Shown here one piece after another: positions 1-6,898 of a DNA stretch of 32,000 bases (positions are counted from its first letter, which is position 1; each line of letters begins with the position of its first letter). This DNA is from Opitutales bacterium (GTDB taxonomy: Bacteria > Verrucomicrobiota > Verrucomicrobiia > Opitutales > UBA9783): contig JBKSMP010000024.1 of assembly GCA_046881885.1 (NCBI GenBank), forward strand, positions 90,001 to 122,000. Reading direction: 5' to 3'. Under the pieces are notes generated by a model. The model worked only from the letters and a program-made list of their open reading frames with translations, was not told the DNA's origin and made no database searches. The position numbers were made by a program, and so were the translations under genes.

Positions 1-303
1 TTCAGCAATCTGTTGAATAACACTTGTATAACCTTCGTTAGTTCCTTTTACTACCCCTGTTTTAGGCTTCCAAGCAACAATATCCGTTGCTTTAACTGAA
101 GTTACCCCATTTTCAAGCATATACTGCTGAGCAGCACCCCAGACCTGGCGCAAATTATTTCTAATAGAAGTTTCCAGAGCCTTCCAACGTGCTCTTTGGA
201 ACGCTGGCACGGCGAGAGACGCCAAAATACCGATGATCGTTACCACGATCATAATTTCAACAAGTGTAAAACCGAGAATCTTTTTTTGTAATCCTTTTTT
301 CAT
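1..303 (-). CDS. prepilin-type N-terminal cleavage/methylation domain protein (T2SS pseudopilin / type IV pilin-like); 3' end runs off the window
   Basis: Absent from the ORF track because it is open at the window edge. My reverse-strand translation from ATG 303..301 gives MKKGLQKKILGFTLVEIMIVVTIIGILASLAVPAFQRARWKALETSIRNNLRQVWGAAQQYMLENG... The G/FTLVE motif (Glu at +5) followed by a hydrophobic helix is the classic prepilin peptidase substrate signature. An in-frame ATG at 309..307 is an alternative start. Confidence 0.8.
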   Translation of the reverse strand, partial: MKKGLQKKILGFTLVEIMIVVTIIGILASLAVPAFQRARWKALETSIRNNLRQVWGAAQQYMLENGVTSVKATDIVAWKPKTGVVKGTNEGYTSVIQQIAE

Positions 304-435
304 ATGCATAGGTTAATTGTATAACATCCAATTTCTTTTTGCAACTACTTTTTTTATTTTGCAGTAGATTTTTTACTTAGGAGAGAACTTTTTGTAAAAA
401 GTCCCATCCCAACCTCCTTCAAAAATTTTTACCTA

Positions 436-456
436 TTGCGCAACATTGTTGCGCAA
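436..456. promoter_or_regulatory. twin palindromic 8-mers TTGCGCAA-N5-TTGCGCAA, candidate operator/UAS upstream of the pseudopilin gene
   Basis: TTGCGCAA (its own reverse complement) occurs at 436-443 and again at 449-456, spaced 13 bp centre to centre. The pair lies about 130-150 nt upstream of the pilin start codon in a non-coding gap. Confidence 0.3.
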
Positions 457-481
457 TGAACAAAACATTTTAAGGGAGCTT

Positions 482-507
482 GAGGGATTTTTTATAAAAA
501 ATCTCTC
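482..507 (-). terminator. AT-rich hairpin overlapping the stop codon of the MBL-fold gene
   Basis: GAGGGATTTTTT / AAAAAATCTCTC forms an about 11-bp stem with one G-U wobble. There is no separate U-tract, so this is a weak call. Confidence 0.25.
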
Positions 508-1126
508 AATTCAAAAAACGAAAATTCGAACGTTCTTGGGCTAAGGTTGTTTGTGGGCCATGTCCTGGATAAACAAGGGTAGCTGGTGGTAAAACTTGAA
601 ATAACTTTTGAAGTGATTCTCGAAGTACTTTTGAGCTTCCACCATACAAATCCGTTCGACCAAAACCGTTTCTAAACAAGGTATCCCCTACAAAAATGCG
701 ACCATTGGCCTCATCATAAATACCGATTTGACCCTCCGTATGTCCAGGAATCGGAAGCACTTTCATTTTCAAATTACCTAATTGAATCTCTGTTTCTTCC
801 TTTAAATAAACATCCGGCTTAAAAGAGACAAAAGTATAAGACGGTGGCGTAATAAGCCGCTGATGATCCGGATTTAACCAATACGAATCCGCTTCAGGAA
901 AATAAATTTTTGCCGACAACTTCTCTTTAAACAAATGCGCATCACCAATATGATCCCAATGTCCATGCGTTAAAAACAAATGGATCGTATAACCTTTTAC
1001 TTTCGATTCTAATTGGGAAAAACTATCGGGCGCCGCATCAATAAGAATAGCCACCTTCTCTTTTTCCTGCAAGATTAAGTAAACTTGCGTACCATAAGGA
1101 CCACAGGTAAAAACGTCTAACATCAT
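506..1126 (-). CDS. MBL-fold metallo-hydrolase (glyoxalase II / GloB-like)
   Basis: 206-aa ORF with the HxHxDH zinc motif (LTHGHWDHIGD), plus downstream PIPGHTEG and YPGHG typical of the metallo-beta-lactamase fold. ATG directly abuts the dprA stop. Confidence 0.85.
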   Translation of the reverse strand: MMLDVFTCGPYGTQVYLILQEKEKVAILIDAAPDSFSQLESKVKGYTIHLFLTHGHWDHIGDAHLFKEKLSAKIYFPEADSYWLNPDHQRLITPPSYTFVSFKPDVYLKEETEIQLGNLKMKVLPIPGHTEGQIGIYDEANGRIFVGDTLFRNGFGRTDLYGGSSKVLRESLQKLFQVLPPATLVYPGHGPQTTLAQERSNFRFLN

Positions 1127-2245
1127 TCACACCTCATACAAACCATCGTTCCGGCGAACAATCCACCGATTCAATTCCAAAGCAAATAAAACTTGCTGCA
1201 CGACTTCCGCTGACAAATTACAGCTTTCACAAATCGCAGAGCTACTCAACGGATTTTTAGCGCGAATACACTCATAAACTTGCAACTCAAGCCCGTAAAG
1301 CTCCGGTGTATGTTCTCGCTGCAATGCTTGCATCTTGGGTTCAAAATCAAGCCTCAAATCAAGCGGTAAAGCCGTCTTTAAATCCTCAACAATATCTTCC
1401 ACACACGTCACTAAAGTCGCCCCATTACGAATCAATTGATGGCATCCACGGCTCATTTCTGAATCAATTCTGCCCGGAACCGCAAACACCTGTCGATTTT
1501 GCTCCGTCGCGAAATTAGCTGTCAACAAACTACCACCCTTTAAATCCGACTCCACAACCAAAGTTGCTTGACTCATTCCCGACAAAATACGATTGCGTCG
1601 CGGAAAGGTCATGCGATCTGCACGAGAGCCCAAAGGAAATTCCGAAATTAAACAGCCTTCTTCCTTCAATTGATTATAAAGAGCAGCGTTTTCAGGCGGA
1701 TAAACTCGATCAATCGAACAACCTAAAACCCCTGCCGTCTCTCCATGAACCCGCAAAACACCTCGATGTGCAGCCGTATCAATCCCACGGGCAAAACCGC
1801 TTACAACACACCAGCCACGTTCCGCCAACTCACTTCCAAAACGCTCTGCCAGCTGCAAGCCATAAACACTTGCGTAACGACATCCAACAATCGCTATCGT
1901 GTTTGTAACCGGCCGCAATTTTCCTAAATAATACAACCCTATCGGAGGATCGTAAATCGTTTTCAATAAAGGAGGATAATCAGGGTGCTCAAAAGAAATA
2001 AATTGAGCTCCCATACGTTCTAAATTCCGTTTTTCCTTCTCAAAATCGAATAAAGAACGCCACTGAAGAAGGTTTTTGCAAACGGTTGCAGAAATTCCTG
2101 ATGCTTCCAAATCTTTTTCGTTAGCACCAAGAATAGCAATAGGATCACCGCTAAAAAACTTAAGTAATTTTTGGAGGGTCACCCAACCTACACGAGGAAG
2201 TGCATTTAAAACTAGAAAAGCATCCTCCCTCGAGAGATTTTTCAT
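1127..2245 (-). CDS. dprA: DNA-processing protein DprA (Smf)
   Basis: 372-aa ORF. It has a Rossmann-like DprA core (IAIVGCRYASVYG, VVSGFARGIDTAAHRGVL, TLVVESDLKGGSLLTANFATEQNRQVFAVPG) and a C-terminal winged-helix-like tail. Confidence 0.9.
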   Translation of the reverse strand: MKNLSREDAFLVLNALPRVGWVTLQKLLKFFSGDPIAILGANEKDLEASGISATVCKNLLQWRSLFDFEKEKRNLERMGAQFISFEHPDYPPLLKTIYDPPIGLYYLGKLRPVTNTIAIVGCRYASVYGLQLAERFGSELAERGWCVVSGFARGIDTAAHRGVLRVHGETAGVLGCSIDRVYPPENAALYNQLKEEGCLISEFPLGSRADRMTFPRRNRILSGMSQATLVVESDLKGGSLLTANFATEQNRQVFAVPGRIDSEMSRGCHQLIRNGATLVTCVEDIVEDLKTALPLDLRLDFEPKMQALQREHTPELYGLELQVYECIRAKNPLSSSAICESCNLSAEVVQQVLFALELNRWIVRRNDGLYEV

Positions 2246-2276
2246 CTAAAGAAAGACTTTACGTAAGCAATAAAGC

Positions 2277-2522
2277 TTATTGAGCATTTACAGAAACACG
2301 ACGATGTACTTTATCCCAAGCAACAACACCGTCGATCAAGGAAAACAAGGTAAAATCACGTCCCAAACCAACGTTCTTTCCTGGATGATACTTTGTTCCA
2401 CGTTGACGCATAAGAATCGTTCCAGCTAAAACCTTTTCTCCACTGTAACGCTTTACGCCTAAATTCTTACACTTACTGTCTCTTCCGTTTCTCGATGAAC
2501 CTTGTGCACTATGATGAGCCAT
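2277..2522 (-). CDS. rpmA: 50S ribosomal protein L27
   Basis: 81 aa. [29 protein letters not shown]...[17 protein letters not shown] is the canonical L27 signature. Sits immediately downstream of rplU as in most bacteria. Confidence 0.95.
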   Translation of the reverse strand: MAHHSAQGSSRNGRDSKCKNLGVKRYSGEKVLAGTILMRQRGTKYHPGKNVGLGRDFTLFSLIDGVVAWDKVHRRVSVNAQ

Positions 2523-2535
2523 TTTTCAAACTTCC

Positions 2536-2853
2536 TTATTTAACTTCTATTGCTTCTACCTTAATGACGGACAATTCTTGACGATGGCCTTGCTTGCGTT
2601 GAAAACCACCACGACGACGATGCTTTAACACCAAAACCTTCTTATCGCGCTTATTTTCTAAAACCTTAACACGAACAACCGCATTTTCAAGAACAGGATT
2701 GCCAAAACGAACACCTGATTCATCTTCAAACATAAGGACATCTTTAATGTCCAAAACGCTACCTGCTTCGGTTCCTTGGTACCGATTTACTTTCAAAATA
2801 TCTCCGGCTTGGACCGTAAATTGCCGACCTTGTGTTTTAATGACCGCTTTCAT
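2536..2853 (-). CDS. rplU: 50S ribosomal protein L21
   Basis: 105 aa. MKAVIKTQGRQFTVQAGDILKV...KVLVLKHRRRGGFQRKQGHRQ is typical of L21. Conserved rplU-rpmA pairing. Confidence 0.95.
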   Translation of the reverse strand: MKAVIKTQGRQFTVQAGDILKVNRYQGTEAGSVLDIKDVLMFEDESGVRFGNPVLENAVVRVKVLENKRDKKVLVLKHRRRGGFQRKQGHRQELSVIKVEAIEVK

Positions 2854-3015
2854 ATGCTAATTTTGCAATAGTTAATAAAATTTATAACATAATAATAGAA
2901 CTATGCTGTCCAAATAATTGCAAGCATTTTTTACACTTTTATAAAGAAACTATTCTCTAAAAAACAAATAAACCCCTTAACGAGGCTTACTGCTATGAAA
3001 AAAACAAAATACTTT

Positions 3016-3091
3016 TGGCGTCCCCTAGGAGATTCGAACTCCTGTTGTCGGGATGAAAACCCGGTGTCCTGACCGACTAGACGAAGGGGAC
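3016..3091 (-). tRNA. tRNA-Glu (anticodon UUC), CCA encoded
   Basis: Reverse complement reads GTCCCCTTCGTCTAGTCGGTCAGGACACCGGGTTTTCATCCCGACAACAGGAGTTCGAATCTCCTAGGGGACGCCA. It folds as a cloverleaf with a 7-nt anticodon loop TTTTCAT (anticodon TTC) and a GTTCGAAT T-loop. Closely resembles E. coli tRNA-Glu. Confidence 0.9.
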
Positions 3092-3153
3092 ATAACCAAC
3101 AGTATTCATAGTGAAGCATAAAATTTTTTATGCAAGCACTTTTTTACATTTTT

Positions 3154-3966
3154 TTAAATTACTTCTTTGGCTATCAATAATGCAACCTGTAGAAGCGTTG
3201 GAAGTACCGGAAGAACCTTCTTAAAAGCCTTTTTAGTCATCCCCCAAGTTGTTTGTAAACAACTACAACATGCATTATCATCTACTACTGTGTTAAACTC
3301 TGAACACAACAACTGAGATACAACAGTAGCAATTTTATCACAAAGATCTCCAGGTGTATCATTAAAAATTTCATATGCAGAACTAACCATATCAAAACCT
3401 ACACCACCAATAGTCTCTCTTACTGCATTTACAAAATTTATATCGACATTACAGATCAATTCCTTGTTAGTAATACCGTCCCACAATACTTTAAAAATTT
3501 CCTTCAAGATCCCTTCTTGATTGTCCAGTCTACTTAAATATTTCCCAGCAAACACACGCATGGTTTCTCGGATAATGCCATTAAATAAAGCATCATTACG
3601 ATCTCCAGCAACTACCAAAAAATCTTCTCCGTTACCAACAACTTCAAGCAAGTCGGCAATAATCTTCTTATCATCCTTCTTCTTAGAATGCTTAAAAAAA
3701 CGTTCTAACAACATCGTTTTCAAAACTTCTGAATTACCTAAAGAAGTCTTAATCATCTGCTTAAATAAAGGATTTTGTAAATAAACAACAAAAGATCGAC
3801 TTGCATCCAGCATAGTCTCCATAAAAACGTTTCGCACCTCTTCTTGTTGTTGCGCATTCAACAAGGATTCTTTCGGAAAATTAAAAAGATCTCCTCGTAC
3901 CAAGGTTGTACAAAATTGAGCAACTAAAACCCATAAACCGACGATAAACTTAATTTGTATTTTCAT
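3154..3966 (-). CDS. hypothetical protein with N-terminal signal peptide and C-terminal hydrophobic segment
   Basis: 270-aa ORF with an ATG start. N-terminus MKIQIKFIVGLWVLVAQFCTTLVRG is signal-like. The C-terminus has a Cys cluster (DDNACCSCLQTTWG) followed by the hydrophobic VLPVLPTLLQVALLIA. No family recognised. Co-directional, 56 nt downstream of waaA. Confidence 0.55.
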   Translation of the reverse strand: MKIQIKFIVGLWVLVAQFCTTLVRGDLFNFPKESLLNAQQQEEVRNVFMETMLDASRSFVVYLQNPLFKQMIKTSLGNSEVLKTMLLERFFKHSKKKDDKKIIADLLEVVGNGEDFLVVAGDRNDALFNGIIRETMRVFAGKYLSRLDNQEGILKEIFKVLWDGITNKELICNVDINFVNAVRETIGGVGFDMVSSAYEIFNDTPGDLCDKIATVVSQLLCSEFNTVVDDNACCSCLQTTWGMTKKAFKKVLPVLPTLLQVALLIAKEVI

Positions 3967-4022
3967 ATGAACTTATTATTTAAGCAAACTTTATGCCCAA
4001 AACTTTACTCCTAAAAATAATC

Positions 4023-5309
4023 CTAAACAAGGCCTAATTGCCTTAACCCAGCAAGTATTCGTTCCGTCGCACCACGATTAGAAATTGTCCATCGCTGGGC
4101 AGCTTTTGCATAAGACTCTGCAGACTGTGGCTCCGCGATCCAACGAAGCAATTGCCGACAAACCTCCTTCTTATCGGAACAACGAACAGCACCCCCACAA
4201 GCCTCCAAACGTTTACAAACAACTCGAAAATTCTCCATATGTGGCCCATAAACAATCGGTTTCCCTAAAGCAGCAGCTTCTATAGGCGTTTGCCCACCTC
4301 TATGAGGATCCAAACTTTTTCCGACAAAAACAAATTGCGCTAATTGCAAAAAATGCCGCAATTCTCCTGTCGTATTTACCACATAAATCTCAGAATTCAA
4401 TTTGGGATTCGTCCGAAAGCAAAAATCATAAGGCGATAAAATCTTTTCCAAATCAGAAGCACGTTCCGCATGCCTCGGCACCAAAATAAGACGCAATCGA
4501 GGACAAGTTTTCTTTGCTTTCGTAAAAACATTCAAAAGCATTTCTTCTTCACCAGTCCACGTGGAAGCTCCCAACAAAACAAGGGAATTCTCCCATTCAG
4601 AACCTAAATCAGAAAGCTTTATGGGAGTTACATCATCCCCCATTCGACCTAAAGCAGCATCTACCTTTAAATTACCAACCGTCTCAACAGGAACCGACGT
4701 CAACGATTGAAAACGTTGCCCATCTAAATCACTCGCTGCATAAATTTTATGAATAAAACTAAATAAAACACCAGAAATCGTTTCAAAACGAGAATAGCGT
4801 GCAAAAGTTTTGTCCGAACAACGCCCATTCAAAAGAAAAACCGGAATTTTATTCTGATAGGCTTGCCAAAGATGCTCCGGCCATAATTCTGATTCCATCA
4901 AAAACGCATATTGCGGACGAATTCTCCGCCAAGCAATCCAAGAAAATAGACAAAAATCCAAAGGGAAATAAGCTATCGCGTTGACTAAATTTTTATACTT
5001 ATTTTGAGCAACCTGAAAACCAGTAGAGGTTGTCGTTGTCAAATAAACCCCTACCCCGTTCGCTTTTAATGCCTCCAACAAAGGCTGCAATGCCTCCATT
5101 TCACCCACACTAACGGCTTGCAACCAAATCGTTTTTTGAATTAATGACTTATTTTTAGGAACAAAACCGAAACGATGTAAAAAATGAGGTCCGTAACCCC
5201 CTCTTTTCCACATACGATAAAGATAATAGGGCAATAAAACAGCAAAAATCGGTAAAAAAAGCAGCCGATAACAATAAATAAAACAACGCCTTTTTACCGA
5301 AATTTTCAC
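4023..5309 (-). CDS. waaA: 3-deoxy-D-manno-octulosonic acid (Kdo) transferase
   Basis: 428 aa. N-terminal membrane helix, then HRFGF...IWLQAVSVGEMEALQPLL (the WaaA/KdtA WxHAxSVGE-type motif), and a C-terminal GT-B half (VFVGKSL...GGQTPIEAAALGKPIVYGPHMENF). The start codon in the track is GTG. Confidence 0.9.
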   Translation of the reverse strand: MKISVKRRCFIYCYRLLFLPIFAVLLPYYLYRMWKRGGYGPHFLHRFGFVPKNKSLIQKTIWLQAVSVGEMEALQPLLEALKANGVGVYLTTTTSTGFQVAQNKYKNLVNAIAYFPLDFCLFSWIAWRRIRPQYAFLMESELWPEHLWQAYQNKIPVFLLNGRCSDKTFARYSRFETISGVLFSFIHKIYAASDLDGQRFQSLTSVPVETVGNLKVDAALGRMGDDVTPIKLSDLGSEWENSLVLLGASTWTGEEEMLLNVFTKAKKTCPRLRLILVPRHAERASDLEKILSPYDFCFRTNPKLNSEIYVVNTTGELRHFLQLAQFVFVGKSLDPHRGGQTPIEAAALGKPIVYGPHMENFRVVCKRLEACGGAVRCSDKKEVCRQLLRWIAEPQSAESYAKAAQRWTISNRGATERILAGLRQLGLV

Positions 5310-5339
5310 CTAATCTTGGATATAAAACTATCCTAAAAC

Positions 5340-5588
5340 TTATTTATTAAATTTTGGATGCAAATACTCAACACAGGATTGAAGCGATTCCAAATGTGGA
5401 TAATCTGCTTCAGGAACTTCAATATTGTACTGCTTTCTCAATTCCATAACAATATCCAAAAAATCCATGGAATCCAACTCCAATTGATCGCGCAAACGCA
5501 CATCATCCTTTAAATTACTTAAATCCTCATCTGGAGCGATTTCAGCAATAATATCTACAATTATTTTACGAACCTCTGATTTTTCCAT
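5340..5588 (-). CDS. acyl carrier protein, non-canonical (dedicated-type)
   Basis: The track ORF (5340..5660) overlaps the KAS gene, so I trim to the ATG at 5588, 5 nt after the KAS stop. This gives 82 aa: MEKSEVRKIIVDIIAEIAPDEDL...LRDQLELDSMDFLDIVMELRKQYNIEVP. The DSxDF phosphopantetheine-attachment serine context differs from housekeeping AcpP (DSLDTVELV). Confidence 0.8.
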   Translation of the reverse strand: MEKSEVRKIIVDIIAEIAPDEDLSNLKDDVRLRDQLELDSMDFLDIVMELRKQYNIEVPEADYPHLESLQSCVEYLHPKFNK

Positions 5589-5592
5589 TGTA

Positions 5593-6849
5593 TTACGTGA
5601 TTGGTTGTGAAGGTTCATAACGCCGTACAATAACAACCGAATTAATTCCGAGCATTCCAAAAGAATTGTTAAGAATTGTATCTACTTTGTCTAAATGTTT
5701 AGGCTGATTAAGAACCAAATTGTTAAGTGCGCATTCTGGATCCAGTTCATCCACATTAATCGTTGGATGCACGTAATGATCTTCAAATGCAGGTAAATTG
5801 CCTGCCAATTCCAAAGAGCCAGCAGCTCCCATGGCATGACCAATAAAGCTTTTTGTATTATTGAAATACGTATTGGGTGAGTCTTTAAAAACCTCGTGCA
5901 ATGCCTGACATTCTTTAATATCCCCCAAAACCGTAGACGTCGCATGTGTATTGACAATATCAATATCTTGTGGCTTCAAACCTGCCTTATTTAAGGCTAA
6001 TTGAACACATTCAACTTGTCGTTGGCTACAAGGCAAAACGGCACTCTCTGCATCCGAATTAATACCATAACCAACCACTTCTCCATAAATCTTTGCACCT
6101 CGAGCAAGAGCCGCATCCAGTCTTTCTAAAGTAAAGAAACAACCGCCTTCGCTAATAACAATCCCATTACGAGACTTATCAAACGGCCGACTTGCCTTGT
6201 TAGGATCTTCACATTCGGCCAAAGCGCCCTGATTCTTAAACCCAGCAAAAATACCAAAGGTATGGATACTTTCGCTGACACCGCCAACAAGCGCCATATC
6301 CACTTCACCCAAGCGTAACATCTGTACACCTTGGATAAGTCCCAAGTTGCCACCTGCACAAGCACCACCTAAGGTATAATGAGGTCCCGTAATACCTAAA
6401 TTAATCGAGACCTCACCTGCTGGATTATTAGCAACTGTACGCGGATTGTGATGATGATTCCAGTAACGCGTATCATAACCAAACTTCGAGATTTGATAAA
6501 CCTCATTTTCGGTTTCTACATTTCCGTGCTCGGTAATTCCTACATAAATCCCAATACGACTCTTATCAGCATTAGCTAAATCAAAACCGCTCGACTCAAT
6601 GGCTTTGTGGGCACAATAGATACCAATACTTCCGGCACGCGTTCCTGTACGTAATTCCTTCTTTGTCTGATATTCGGTAGCATTAAAGGTACAAACACCT
6701 GCTAAAACAAGTCCCATATAACGCATATCAATTCGCTGAATACGGGCATATCCCTCCAAAAGATGCTTACGAAACTCAACCAAAGAATTTCCATTTGGAG
6801 CCGTTAATCCAACACCCGTAATCACAATGCGCTCAGACAAATTCAACAT
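5593..6849 (-). CDS. beta-ketoacyl-[ACP] synthase (KAS I/II, FabF/FabB-like)
   Basis: 418 aa. Has an active-site Cys (LGGACAGGNLG) and two catalytic His contexts (VNTHATSTVLGD; KSFIGHAMGAAG), with N-terminal ERIVITGVGLTAPNG. This is the thiolase-fold Cys-His-His triad. Confidence 0.9.
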   Translation of the reverse strand: MLNLSERIVITGVGLTAPNGNSLVEFRKHLLEGYARIQRIDMRYMGLVLAGVCTFNATEYQTKKELRTGTRAGSIGIYCAHKAIESSGFDLANADKSRIGIYVGITEHGNVETENEVYQISKFGYDTRYWNHHHNPRTVANNPAGEVSINLGITGPHYTLGGACAGGNLGLIQGVQMLRLGEVDMALVGGVSESIHTFGIFAGFKNQGALAECEDPNKASRPFDKSRNGIVISEGGCFFTLERLDAALARGAKIYGEVVGYGINSDAESAVLPCSQRQVECVQLALNKAGLKPQDIDIVNTHATSTVLGDIKECQALHEVFKDSPNTYFNNTKSFIGHAMGAAGSLELAGNLPAFEDHYVHPTINVDELDPECALNNLVLNQPKHLDKVDTILNNSFGMLGINSVVIVRRYEPSQPIT

Positions 6850-6898
6850 AAAAAAATTCCGTCACTTTAAAAGTAACACATTTTAAAACTTTTTGAAG

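Noticed and set aside
2931-3119. 62-aa ORF in the track
   Set aside because: It lies directly over the tRNA-Glu gene (3016-3091) on the same strand, and its translation is simply the tRNA read as codons.
5589-5660. N-terminal 24 codons of the track's 106-aa ACP ORF
   Set aside because: They overlap the 3' end of the KAS gene. The internal ATG at 5588 gives a normal-length ACP starting 5 nt after the KAS stop.
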